From Escherichia phage phiWec181, in the sequence record LC739534.1: a stretch of 64,000 nucleotides of DNA; one strand, given 5' to 3'. Of the stretch, positions 1-8,740 are shown one piece after another. The notes beneath the pieces are model-generated. The model searched no databases, was not told where the DNA came from, and saw only the letters and a program-made list of their open reading frames with translations. The first letter of the stretch is position 1. Each line of letters begins with the position of its first letter. The position numbers and the translations under genes are program-made.

Positions 1-2
1 CC

Positions 3-194
3 TTAATACACATCACCTACAAACCAGATTTCTGGATCGCCATACTGATCCTTCTCGTAAGATTTGTAGACACTACAGCAATATTTCAAAACACCGTCCA
101 CAAGGATTGTTGATCTTTCTTCTGGAATCTCTGTGATCTCCCCTTTGCGGGTTTCGAAGATGGTATCACCCTTTTCAATTAGTCGGATTTTCAT
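3..194 (-). CDS. hypothetical protein (63+ aa, 3' end beyond window start)
   Basis: ATG at 194 preceded by GAGGGAGG RBS; ORF runs off window edge without stop. Confidence 0.45.
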   Translation of the reverse strand: MKIRLIEKGDTIFETRKGEITEIPEERSTILVDGVLKYCCSVYKSYEKDQYGDPEIWFVGDVY

Positions 195-195
195 A

Positions 196-393
196 TCATA
201 CCTCCCTCAATGCGATTAGTGCGTTCACCAGATTATCAACACCTTGAGCATCCAGGGCAATAACATCAAAGTTAAACCCTGTATCAGTTGGGACTTTACG
301 TGTTATGGTGTAATAATCCTCTGCATGACGTTCAACATATGCGTATGGGTAACTGGTGTTCGGATCATGTTTTACGCGAATAGATGTTTTCAT
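196..393 (-). CDS. hypothetical protein (65 aa)
   Basis: ATG at 393 with AAGAGGAG RBS; tightly packed with neighbours. Confidence 0.5.
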   Translation of the reverse strand: MKTSIRVKHDPNTSYPYAYVERHAEDYYTITRKVPTDTGFNFDVIALDAQGVDNLVNALIALREV

Positions 394-863
394 GTTTTGT
401 TCTCCTCTTTAGTTGCAACACGGAACTTATTAGCTTCTCTCACCTGGAACATGAAGTCTTTCTTCTTCATAATCCCGATGGACATTTCATCCAGTTCTTC
501 TGGATGGATCTGGAGATTACGGCGATCGGACAGGAACCAAGATTTCTCCCACCAGAAGCGTTGATCCTCCTCCTTGTGGTGCTTGTATTCCTCTTTTTCT
601 TTTTCTGTGAGGATCTTGAAGCGATTCTTTCCTTCCCAACGCATTGCTGTGTTAAAAGGAATACCGTTATCCCCATTATACACTGCGGAAGTAGGAAGGC
701 AATAGCCAGTTTCTGCGTCGATCATTTGGTAGTGAAATTCACATTCCAGTTCAACGTACTCTAAATCCCCATAAAAATCACTGATCAAGAAAGCAATGTA
801 AGTTTCACCATGTTCGGGAACAAATTCTTGCTTTGTCAACATCTCCAGTTTCAAACCTGCCAT
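390..863 (-). CDS. hypothetical protein (157 aa)
   Basis: ATG at 863 with AAAGGAGAAAG RBS; stop overlaps next start as ATGA. Confidence 0.6.
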   Translation of the reverse strand: MAGLKLEMLTKQEFVPEHGETYIAFLISDFYGDLEYVELECEFHYQMIDAETGYCLPTSAVYNGDNGIPFNTAMRWEGKNRFKILTEKEKEEYKHHKEEDQRFWWEKSWFLSDRRNLQIHPEELDEMSIGIMKKKDFMFQVREANKFRVATKEENKT

Positions 864-875
864 TGCTTTCTCCTT

Positions 876-1109
876 TTAGTCGAACCAGTTATATTCAGAA
901 GGGTAACGCGCATAGTTTGGCTTATACCCCAGCCTTTTCATCTTAACAGACATACGAGTGAAGCCAAAGGTTTTTTTGCCCTTAGACATAAACTTCTTCC
1001 CACTCTTCATTGGCTTCTTAGGGTCTTTGATCGCCTGGTTTAACGCTCGCGCAAGCCACAAAGTGTATGCGCTCGGTGCTTGGTTAACTTTCATCTTGTT
1101 ACCCTTCAT
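876..1109 (-). CDS. lysine-rich basic small protein (77 aa)
   Basis: ATG at 1109 with AGAGGAG RBS; very K/R-rich translation. Confidence 0.55.
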   Translation of the reverse strand: MKGNKMKVNQAPSAYTLWLARALNQAIKDPKKPMKSGKKFMSKGKKTFGFTRMSVKMKRLGYKPNYARYPSEYNWFD

Positions 1110-1120
1110 ACGATCTCCTC

Positions 1121-1333
1121 TTATAAAATTTCAAGTTCTTCGAGTGTTTCTTTCAGGGAAACTGGCAAATCACACTCCACATCCAGCATCGAAACCAACC
1201 AAGAGGTGGCTTCGGCTAACTTCTGGTAATCATCATACAACACATAACCCCCTTCGTCAACCTCTACGATGCAACGATAAGATGCAAAAGGGTTTTTGCT
1301 CATTTCTTCAATGTCATAACGTTCAACAACCAT
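1121..1333 (-). CDS. hypothetical acidic protein (70 aa)
   Basis: ATG at 1333 with GAGGTGA RBS (ORF-track TTG start at 1351 judged over-extended); start overlaps upstream stop. Confidence 0.5.
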   Translation of the reverse strand: MVVERYDIEEMSKNPFASYRCIVEVDEGGYVLYDDYQKLAEATSWLVSMLDVECDLPVSLKETLEELEIL

Positions 1334-1635
1334 TATTTCACCTCTGACCAATCAACAGTAATACATTGATAAGCTTGATGATTTATGTCCAATTCAATAT
1401 AAACCACAAGCCCACGCTCGCGGAGTGCTGTTACCACCATATACATTAACTCGCGCTGTCTGGCGATCCCATCTTGGGAAAGAGGACGATTACAGAAGCC
1501 AAAATCAGAGGGCGTGAAATCCCGTTGGTAATTTCCCGCCCGTGCTTCTGAAAAACACGTCTCAATAACCTCTTCAATAGGAAAACCGATGGAAGCTTCT
1601 TTGGCAATACTGCGTAACTGTTCGGTCAAATTCAT
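1333..1635 (-). CDS. hypothetical protein (100 aa)
   Basis: ATG at 1635 with GAGAGGAG RBS. Confidence 0.55.
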   Translation of the reverse strand: MNLTEQLRSIAKEASIGFPIEEVIETCFSEARAGNYQRDFTPSDFGFCNRPLSQDGIARQRELMYMVVTALRERGLVVYIELDINHQAYQCITVDWSEVK

Positions 1636-1700
1636 TTCATTTCTCCTCTCGTCTGTGTATGCAAAGATTATCTACCAACGTGATCCTTATGTCAAGCTAT

Positions 1701-2213
1701 TTATTCAAAATAAACTTTAACTTGTGCCGTGCTGTAGCGATTGTAAATCTCGACCACGGCTTTAGCATTATCTTCTTTATAGGATTCTGCCAGATCTTCC
1801 GCATCTCGGATATTTCCGGCAACACCTACGAGAACAAGATCCACCATTACAAGATATTTTTTATCTTCTGGACTCTCTTGAGAAGGCTCTTGCACTGGTT
1901 CTTCCTTTGGTTCTGGTGGCAAACCAACCTCTGCCTCAACATAAGAGTCAAACCAAGTGATATCGTTAAAATGCTTTAACTCGTGTTTGGACAGCAGCAT
2001 ACCACAATCAACGAAAGCACCTGCATCAGCTTCAAAGACATGCCCTTCAAATGTTTGGAACTTAACCACATCCCCTTTTTCTGTTGTCTCCAACACCAGG
2101 AAGTGTTTTGGCCCCAGCAGATCTGAAATCTTTCGGTTCAGATTGACAGCTTCACGGAACGCATTGTACTCTTTTGTATTTTTGAATTTATAAGAATGCC
2201 CTTGAATAAACAT
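1701..2213 (-). CDS. hypothetical protein (170 aa), paralog of 2226-2744
   Basis: Long ORF; shares domain order and C-terminal KxxVEIYxxxSTAxxKV motif with neighbour. Confidence 0.6.
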   Translation of the reverse strand: MFIQGHSYKFKNTKEYNAFREAVNLNRKISDLLGPKHFLVLETTEKGDVVKFQTFEGHVFEADAGAFVDCGMLLSKHELKHFNDITWFDSYVEAEVGLPPEPKEEPVQEPSQESPEDKKYLVMVDLVLVGVAGNIRDAEDLAESYKEDNAKAVVEIYNRYSTAQVKVYFE

Positions 2214-2225
2214 AGTAGTCTCCTC

Positions 2226-2744
2226 TTAGTCAAATATCACATTACTTACGAGTTTCGCTGTGCTACGCAGAGTATAAATCTCCACAAGCTTCCCTGGACT
2301 CTCTTTCTTCGCTTTCGTGGCTCTTTCTTGTGCCTCTGAAAAAGATGATACAGTATGCACTACTACGTAGTCAACAATAACTGCAAACTTTTTAGGCACA
2401 ATATCGGCATCAGGACGATCGTCGTGCGCAGAAACATCCTTACCTGGCTGTGGTGCCAGCGGCGGCAAGCCTGTCATTAACAGTGCACCTCCATCAAAGA
2501 AATATCCGATTTCATCGTGTGCAATAAGGAAGCGATCCATTTGAGCATCACCTACTCCCTGATCCCAGAACACTTTCCTATCTTCTACGAAGATGATAAG
2601 GGACAGGACATTCCCATGAACATCCGTGTTAACTGGTTGGAACCAGTGATCCCCAATCGCTTCAGCCAATTGTTTAGAGATTGATTGAAACAACTCTTGG
2701 TACGTGCCTTGTCTGAAACGATATACATTATTTGTTTTAAACAT
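2226..2744 (-). CDS. hypothetical protein (172 aa), paralog of 1701-2213
   Basis: Long ORF; Pro-rich linker and conserved C-terminal motif shared with neighbour. Confidence 0.6.
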   Translation of the reverse strand: MFKTNNVYRFRQGTYQELFQSISKQLAEAIGDHWFQPVNTDVHGNVLSLIIFVEDRKVFWDQGVGDAQMDRFLIAHDEIGYFFDGGALLMTGLPPLAPQPGKDVSAHDDRPDADIVPKKFAVIVDYVVVHTVSSFSEAQERATKAKKESPGKLVEIYTLRSTAKLVSNVIFD

Positions 2745-2766
2745 TAGTGTCTCCTCTTGTATTAAA

Positions 2767-3225
2767 TTATTGTTCTACTTCACGCAGCCACGCTAAAGCC
2801 TCTTCTGGGGATTTATCGAAGTCGTTGAGCAGTTCCTGCTCCAACTCCTCTTTCATTTCATTCAGCACTTGTAGTTGACGTGCCTTTTTCCACAAGGCTA
2901 CACGATAATCAACACCTTGTGGTGCTTCTTCTGCCACTTTTACATTACCTGTCGGGCAGCGAGGAAGATAGTCTTCAATATCTTCCAAGGCACGGCGATA
3001 ATTGGGGTCCATGTAGTTCACACGAACACGATTACATTCTAACAAAGTGGCACGGAACACTTCATAACGTGTTTCGGATAGAATGTGTTTCACACAGACA
3101 GCACCAGTATCTTCTGAAATTACGCTATACACTTCCAGTAGGCTGGAGTTTCTCTTGACATAATCTGTAACGCATTGCACATATGCTCCCAATATTGTGG
3201 AAGCTCTCGCTGGTTTTTCGCTCAT
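2767..3225 (-). CDS. hypothetical protein (152 aa)
   Basis: ATG at 3225 overlapping upstream stop (ATGA). Confidence 0.6.
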   Translation of the reverse strand: MSEKPARASTILGAYVQCVTDYVKRNSSLLEVYSVISEDTGAVCVKHILSETRYEVFRATLLECNRVRVNYMDPNYRRALEDIEDYLPRCPTGNVKVAEEAPQGVDYRVALWKKARQLQVLNEMKEELEQELLNDFDKSPEEALAWLREVEQ

Positions 3226-3461
3226 TTTCTACCTCCCCATAATGCCACCATTTTATTAAAGATGGAAGCGCGTCGTGCACGAGATGCTAACATACGATTG
3301 GCTTCTTCGTAGCCATAGAACAAACGATCTGTCAATACCAACGCCAGTGTCTTCTCTTGCAGAGACTGGCAATTATGTTCAGGACGACAGTCGTGCCCTG
3401 CATCGAAGTACAGATTGTTCAGATAGTTGTTTGCTCTCTCATTCTGCTTTGCAGTGATCAC
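3222..3461 (-). CDS. hypothetical protein (79 aa)
   Basis: GTG start at 3461 with AAGGAGGG RBS 4 nt upstream. Confidence 0.45.
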   Translation of the reverse strand: MITAKQNERANNYLNNLYFDAGHDCRPEHNCQSLQEKTLALVLTDRLFYGYEEANRMLASRARRASIFNKMVALWGGRK

Positions 3462-3470
3462 GATCCCTCC

Positions 3471-3701
3471 TTAATGAACAATTTCATATTCGTGAGGAAG
3501 GAAAACATAATCTTCCCCTTCACCTGCATCTTCTTCATCCCAGAAGAAACCTGGTATCTCAATCATCTTCGAAAAGCGCACATGCGCCAACCCACTATAC
3601 CCTATCTGTGCATTCAGCACAACGGGTAACTCTGCACCAATCAGACCTACATACCCGCAAGCGGTTTCAATACGAATTTTCATACGTTTTATGTTATGCA
3701 T
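3471..3701 (-). CDS. hypothetical protein (76 aa)
   Basis: ORF with ATG at 3701; weak RBS. Confidence 0.45.
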   Translation of the reverse strand: MHNIKRMKIRIETACGYVGLIGAELPVVLNAQIGYSGLAHVRFSKMIEIPGFFWDEEDAGEGEDYVFLPHEYEIVH

Positions 3702-3903
3702 CTTTCATATTCTCCACGAAGTGACGAGCAACAGGATTCCCGTAGAAATATTCATTGATGAAATCGATCACACAGGTTTCACTGCCTGTCACAACGGACG
3801 GTGCGAAGTTTCGGAACTGCACGAGTACACGACTTGCGTTAGCAAGGGCGTTCACACGATCAGTATTAGCTAAATACAAGGATACAGTTTTCATATTCGA
3901 CAT
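3694..3903 (-). CDS. hypothetical protein (69 aa)
   Basis: ATG at 3903 with GAGGAG RBS. Confidence 0.5.
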   Translation of the reverse strand: MSNMKTVSLYLANTDRVNALANASRVLVQFRNFAPSVVTGSETCVIDFINEYFYGNPVARHFVENMKDA

Positions 3904-3974
3904 TTCAATCTCCTCATTGGCTATCTGTTATGCGCGGTATTGCGCCTCTCATGCAAACAAGTATACAGACATTT

Positions 3975-4343
3975 TTATTCAATGCAAGCATTATTTGCAT
4001 CTTCGATGCGATCTTTCACCCATTGAAGACGTAACGTGTTGGTATGACACGCCAAGTCTATACACTCTGAAAGGTAATCCATGCAATCTGCATTGAACGG
4101 AAGATTGTAGTCCAGTTTTGCACATGTAAATTGTTTCCTCATTTCGTATTTCAAACTATCCAACAAACGATCACGCCATCTTTTATCTTCTTCTCTAATT
4201 ACCTCACCAACAAAATCATCTACATAATCTACCAGACAACCACACAAGCCACTCGTTGTGCGATTCATTGCCGGATGGTTGGCAATCCATGCTTTATAGA
4301 ATCGTATTAATGTTGCACTGCTCAACGGAATGTTACTTTTCAT
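3975..4343 (-). CDS. hypothetical protein (122 aa), member of tandem 3-paralog family
   Basis: ATG at 4343 with AAGGAGG RBS; shares PLSSxxLxxFYxxWxxxxxxxxxxxGLCxCL motif with two neighbours. Confidence 0.6.
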   Translation of the reverse strand: MKSNIPLSSATLIRFYKAWIANHPAMNRTTSGLCGCLVDYVDDFVGEVIREEDKRWRDRLLDSLKYEMRKQFTCAKLDYNLPFNADCMDYLSECIDLACHTNTLRLQWVKDRIEDANNACIE

Positions 4344-4698
4344 TATTGCCTCCTTCACAATCCTGGATACGATCTTCTACCCATTGCACACGCAGTCGGT
4401 TGAGATGACATTTTCTGTTTTCACATTCTTCCTCGTAGTCGAAGAAGTTGGTATTGAAAGGTGTGGTTTTAGACAACCCTGCATACATAAACTGTACCAG
4501 CATTTCATCAGCTAAAGCTTCACGCATCTCCCAAAACTGATCCACATCGGCACCATGTATCGGACACAATACGTCCCATGCAAAATTGCCTAAACATACG
4601 CACAAGCCATTCGCTGTGTTCACCAACTCACTACGGTGAGCCATCCAATTCTTATAGAACATCAGAAGAGTATCACTACTCAAGGGAATATTTTTCAT
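4333..4698 (-). CDS. hypothetical protein (121 aa), member of tandem 3-paralog family
   Basis: ATG at 4698 with AAGGAG RBS; conserved PLSS/GLCVCL motif. Confidence 0.6.
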   Translation of the reverse strand: MKNIPLSSDTLLMFYKNWMAHRSELVNTANGLCVCLGNFAWDVLCPIHGADVDQFWEMREALADEMLVQFMYAGLSKTTPFNTNFFDYEEECENRKCHLNRLRVQWVEDRIQDCEGGNNEK

Positions 4699-4699
4699 A

Positions 4700-5080
4700 T
4701 CAGGCTCCTTTACGATTATGGAAACAATCTTTCACTCGCTCTTGCACCCACTCTACACGAAGCTTGTTTTCATGCGCTCTGTTGTGGTTATGCTCTTGCA
4801 CATAGTCTTCGTAGTTCACATTAAAGGGAACACTGACAGACAATCCTGCACAACGAAATTGTTTCTTCATTTCTTTTAATGTCGCATCACTTAGGGCACA
4901 AAGCTGATTTGCCTGTTCCTCACTGAAGTTACTGTCCCACATCTCATCCCAGATAAAACTATCCAAGCATACACATAACCCATGCCTTGTGCGCTCTTTA
5001 GTATGATGATCAGCAAGCCAACTTTCATAGAAAGCTAACAACACCGGACTACTCAACGGAACATTTTTACTCTCTTGCAT
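4700..5080 (-). CDS. hypothetical protein (126 aa), member of tandem 3-paralog family
   Basis: ATG at 5080 with AGAGGAG RBS (ORF-track start 5167 judged over-extended); conserved motif. Confidence 0.6.
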   Translation of the reverse strand: MQESKNVPLSSPVLLAFYESWLADHHTKERTRHGLCVCLDSFIWDEMWDSNFSEEQANQLCALSDATLKEMKKQFRCAGLSVSVPFNVNYEDYVQEHNHNRAHENKLRVEWVQERVKDCFHNRKGA

Positions 5081-5169
5081 GATAATCTCCTCTCTTGGTT
5101 TCATGACAAACATCCTAATTCTCAACGAGGAACATCTTACGATCAATCCTCGGCAATTACAATTCATTT

Positions 5170-6581
5170 ATCATCGCTTTTCCCTATCAATTATTCTATA
5201 TATACCTGTTATTTTTGACACCCCCTTTGGTCAAATATTAATCGGCAAAATATCTGGGGGTACTCTATAAAATGATGCCCCCTGTTCCTGCAATTTATCG
5301 AGGAGAATATCATTCGACTATCATCGGCAAAGAGACAGAAAAGCCTTTGGTAGCAAGGATTTATGGCGAGTACGTCAGGACTGCTTAACGCGAATTTTTC
5401 GGCCCCTCCACTTCTGCGAGCCGGAATCCTCAAATATCAATGAGAATAATTATCATTATCATTCGTATTCAATAACTTAGGCGATCTTTTCCCCTGCTAT
5501 AAGGTCGGGCCTAACTTAACCATCACTTTTCAAACAATCCTTTATCAATCAACTACTTAACAACCTAAACATATGATTACTACGGTGTAAAGGTGCCGCC
5601 CATAACAGACTACCTATAAAATAGATGAGAATGATTATTATTCAGACAATTCTTACAACAAATCGACCAACAAATCAAGAATTTTCTTATTTTTATTCAC
5701 GTTTAAGAGAACGTGCTCAACATTCCGCTACGCGTAACGGTTCGCCCCCAAAAGATTAGCCTTTGCTTTCCTGTATATTTATACACTATGTGCAAGGTGT
5801 CGCTACACGCTCGCCTTGCCCCGCATAATCCTTCACTGTGCTAATGATTTCATAGTGCAACAATAACACTTATTATTATATTACGCTTAATTATTCTTAC
5901 ATACAATGCTAATAATAAGCCAGCGTAATTAGTGTAAGCGTAATACGCTTGCAATAATTGCAAGCTACATAATCACAAGAAATAACTATCACCGATAGTT
6001 ATGATTGTGGGGGTGTAGTTGGCTTATTATTAGCTCGCTACGTGTCCGGCGTAGCGTGCTAATGATGAGGCTTGGAATGATTCATTTTGCAATTATTACA
6101 GTCTTCACTATTTTGATAATAGTTGTTCTTTTAATGGTTTCATTTGTTATCGTTAGTTAGTTGGTTGTTTTGTAGTGTTATCGTTATCTTGCTTAGTATT
6201 CATCACGGTTTGATTGTTTGTCGTTATCAATCATCTTTCTATTATTCCTTTGATTATGATTAGTTTGCTTATTGTTTTAGGTTGTTGGTTGGTTAGTTGT
6301 TGCGAACTATTATCAACATTATAGTTATGCACTTATATTGCATAGATACGCAAGGGTAGATGATAATGGTTATCATTGCACTGGAAAGGAAGAAAACAGC
6401 CTTTTTCGGTTGTTTGTTGTTGGTTGTTGATCTATTTTAACCGCTCTAAATAGCTCTCTAACAGCCTGTTTACCTGGGGTGTATGGTTATTCGTTTGCTG
6501 GTTGATTAGCTCGATACCGCGATTTATTCAGTTTTGTTCTGTGTCGGTTTTTCATAGGCGGAATCTATCAACATTGTTCGG
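5170..6581. other. 1.4 kb non-coding region rich in palindromes and G/T-skewed short repeats
   Basis: No credible ORF; perfect inverted repeats (ATAACTATCACCGATAGTTAT, TTGCAATAATTGCAA, AGCGTAAT/ATTACGCT) and GTTATCGTTA-type repeats on one strand. Confidence 0.6.
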
Positions 6582-6621
6582 GCAAAAAGAAAGGGCGCTT
6601 GGTGCGCCCCTTGTTTTGTTG
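6582..6621 (-). terminator. intrinsic terminator (GGGCGC-N5-GCGCCC hairpin with U-run)
   Basis: GC hairpin 6593-6609 followed on minus strand by TTTCTTTTT; lies just 3' of gene 6626-7045. Confidence 0.6.
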
Positions 6622-6625
6622 TCGA

Positions 6626-7045
6626 TTATAACGCTTCATAGATTGAGTAGATCCGGTTCGCCAGGTCATTACGAAAGCGGAATTTTTCATCACGTTTAAT
6701 CATCAGATCCTTAAAACCGCATTCTTTCAAGGCTTCATTAACTTTACTGCGGCATACTTTCATATTGTCCTGCGCGTCACCAATAAACTTATTGCTATGA
6801 TGCATTGCTTTGATCTCTTCCTCCAGGACCAGGGCAACTACACGGATCGGATCAAGCTGATACGCGGTAACATCCATGCGGCATTGTAAACGGCTTTTAA
6901 CATCGTTTACCGGATACACTGCAACCTCTTCCCCGTCAACGTTCACGATAACCAGTTTGCCATCAATTTCGAAGCCTTTAGCGGCGCTACCGTGACAAAA
7001 AGCGTTATCGAAGGAGTAAGCCGGATTATTTGATTTAATGTTCAT
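6626..7045 (-). CDS. hypothetical protein (139 aa)
   Basis: ATG at 7045; promoter upstream, terminator downstream. Confidence 0.6.
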   Translation of the reverse strand: MNIKSNNPAYSFDNAFCHGSAAKGFEIDGKLVIVNVDGEEVAVYPVNDVKSRLQCRMDVTAYQLDPIRVVALVLEEEIKAMHHSNKFIGDAQDNMKVCRSKVNEALKECGFKDLMIKRDEKFRFRNDLANRIYSIYEAL

Positions 7046-7087
7046 GTTGTTGTCCTTTGTTTGGTTGCGTTGTTTGCTGCCAGTGAG

Positions 7088-7122
7088 TTAAATATAATAT
7101 AACGCCGATCCCCTGTCAATAG
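7088..7122 (-). promoter_or_regulatory. sigma70-like promoter (TTGACA, ~18 nt spacer, TATATT) inside CCCCTATTGACAGGGG palindrome
   Basis: Hexamers read on minus strand upstream of gene 6626-7045. Confidence 0.45.
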
Positions 7123-7154
7123 GGGATAGCGTATTATTTACATTTCTTTACGTT

Positions 7155-7178
7155 AAAGGGCGCTTAGTGCGCCCTTGT
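7155..7178 (-). terminator. terminator/attenuator-like hairpin (GGGCGC-N5-GCGCCC)
   Basis: Hairpin directly 3' of gene 7185-7553; only a short U tract follows. Confidence 0.35.
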
Positions 7179-7184
7179 ATAATC

Positions 7185-7553
7185 TTACTTTGTGCGGTTG
7201 TGAACGTTATCGCGTTCAACCATCAAGGCAAGGCGGATCAGTTGATCAGTTGTATCGCGTAAGCTGTCAGGCCATGTCTTATAGTTCCAGCTATCCAGGT
7301 TTGATTGTATATAGGTTTCAATCGCTTGATCCATATTATCAAACAAGTTTTCCTCCAAGCTCTCGGCTGTTTCACACTGGAAAGCATCAGCGACACTATT
7401 AATCAATAAGCAAGCCAGTAAATCAGCGTTGCGCCAATTTTTACGGATAGTTTCATCTGTCAGATAACCAACGAGATTAACCTTTGCGCCAGTGGTGGAC
7501 GTTGCGATCACTTCTTGCGCTTTTTCAACTGCTTTAATTGCTGATTTGCTCAT
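7185..7553 (-). CDS. hypothetical protein (122 aa)
   Basis: ATG at 7553 with AAGAGGAAAAG RBS. Confidence 0.6.
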   Translation of the reverse strand: MSKSAIKAVEKAQEVIATSTTGAKVNLVGYLTDETIRKNWRNADLLACLLINSVADAFQCETAESLEENLFDNMDQAIETYIQSNLDSWNYKTWPDSLRDTTDQLIRLALMVERDNVHNRTK

Positions 7554-7631
7554 CTTCTTTTCCTCTTTGTGGGCTTGCTGTATTGCTTGCCCTACGCAAT
7601 AACTATAAGTTAACAGGGTGTATAAAGCAAG

Positions 7632-7865
7632 CTATTTTTTATAAAATTTTTCTGCTGTGATATTCTTCCCTGTAGGCTTAACCGCTTGCAAAATCTTATC
7701 ATGTGCCGAACGTCCAAAGGAATAAGATCCGTAAACGGTAAACCAATAATCGCCATTGGGTTGCACGGTTACGGCGGCGTATGGTGTACCTCTCTCATTA
7801 TCACCGATAAAGTGTGAAACATTGCCGTTAACGTTCGATTTAGTGCTTTTAATTTGTCCGATCAT
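7632..7865 (-). CDS. hypothetical protein (77 aa)
   Basis: ORF with promoter-hairpin cassette upstream. Confidence 0.5.
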   Translation of the reverse strand: MIGQIKSTKSNVNGNVSHFIGDNERGTPYAAVTVQPNGDYWFTVYGSYSFGRSAHDKILQAVKPTGKNITAEKFYKK

Positions 7866-7945
7866 GGTGTTATTCCTATATTAGACGGGAAACATTCCCG
7901 CCCTACGTGATAAATAATAATATAAGCGTGATCCGGTGTCAATAG
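7866..7945 (-). promoter_or_regulatory. promoter + 5'-UTR hairpin cassette (GGGAA-loop-TTCCC variant)
   Basis: -35 TTGACA, -10-like hexamer, GC hairpin, GA-rich RBS, all read on minus strand. Confidence 0.5.
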
Positions 7946-8081
7946 GTAGAATTGTAAAGATTTGATAGTTTGTCTCTTTGTTGTTTTGTTGTTTGATAGA
8001 TGTTAGCTATCAATATATAGCGGGGTCGTCCGGTGATTACCTCCCCCGTTGCCAGTGCCGCCCGTTCAATAAGCATAACAA

Positions 8082-8112
8082 AAAACAGGACAAAAGCAAG
8101 CCCTGTTTTGTA
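8082..8112 (-). terminator. candidate intrinsic terminator
   Basis: ACAGG/CCTGT hairpin followed by TTTTTGTT on minus strand, 3' of gene 8117-8320. Confidence 0.35.
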
Positions 8113-8116
8113 AAGA

Positions 8117-8320
8117 TTAGATGATCTGCATATCCTCCACGATAATTTCTAATTTCCAAACAAGATGATCTAAGCTCCCTGATAAAAATGATTCCGATAC
8201 ATAACCGCCATCGGACACCGTAGCAAGGATCTCGCCATTTGCTTGCTCTTTGATTTGAACATCCAGGCGGTTAGCCTTTGCTTTGTTCAGGACGGCGATC
8301 AGGCGGTTAGCTGTAGTCAT
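8117..8320 (-). CDS. hypothetical protein (67 aa)
   Basis: ORF with cassette upstream. Confidence 0.5.
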   Translation of the reverse strand: MTTANRLIAVLNKAKANRLDVQIKEQANGEILATVSDGGYVSESFLSGSLDHLVWKLEIIVEDMQII

Positions 8321-8404
8321 GGTGTTTTCCTTTCAGTTGTGAGCGGCACCATTGCCGCCCTACGTGATACATCTTACACTATCAGATACATTGTGCAAGC
8401 TATT
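8321..8404 (-). promoter_or_regulatory. promoter + 5'-UTR hairpin cassette (GCGGCA-CCAT-TGCCGC)
   Basis: Minus strand reads TTGCAC, 16 nt, TAAGAT, hairpin, GGAAAACACC, ATG. Confidence 0.55.
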
Positions 8405-8596
8405 TTAGATCTCGTCACCTATATAATCAGATCTGTTCTTCTCTGTCATACGTTTTAATAATTCTTGCATATCGCTTATAGCTTGCAATGTGTCTTCTTC
8501 CAGGCTTGAATCCACATAGTCAGGATCATTCTTTACCTTGCTATGGTTATGATAGCGCAACGCTGCTAATACCTTTCTAACTTGTTCCACGTTCAT
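8405..8596 (-). CDS. hypothetical protein (63 aa)
   Basis: ATG at 8596. Confidence 0.5.
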   Translation of the reverse strand: MNVEQVRKVLAALRYHNHSKVKNDPDYVDSSLEEDTLQAISDMQELLKRMTEKNRSDYIGDEI

Positions 8597-8605
8597 GATG
8601 TACCC

Positions 8606-8740
8606 TTAAAATAGTGTGCCGATGGAAGATAGCAGGTCACTAATAACCAGGACCAGATCTACTATCACATATCTAATCAGGAAGGGGATTAGCGCCAGCG
8701 TCGCTACTATGATCCCCATTGTCATGATTACCTTTCTCAT
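8606..8740 (-). CDS. small hydrophobic peptide (44 aa, predicted membrane)
   Basis: Below ORF-track cutoff; ATG overlaps upstream stop as ATGA; hydrophobic core IIVATLALIPFLI. Confidence 0.4.
   Translation of the reverse strand: MRKVIMTMGIIVATLALIPFLIRYVIVDLVLVISDLLSSIGTLF

Noticed and set aside
244-764. Plus-strand ORFs 244-564 and 384-764
   Set aside because: Antisense to well-supported minus-strand genes, no RBS, low-complexity translations; judged shadow ORFs.
5440-5650. Definite host Fur boxes
   Set aside because: AT palindromes resemble the Fur consensus but with several mismatches; reported only as an observation.
5170-6625. tRNA genes in the large non-coding regions (also 19240-20590)
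   Set aside because: Looked for T-arm GGTTCGAATCC-type motifs and cloverleaf-compatible acceptor stems on both strands; found none by eye. A tRNAscan run would be needed for certainty.
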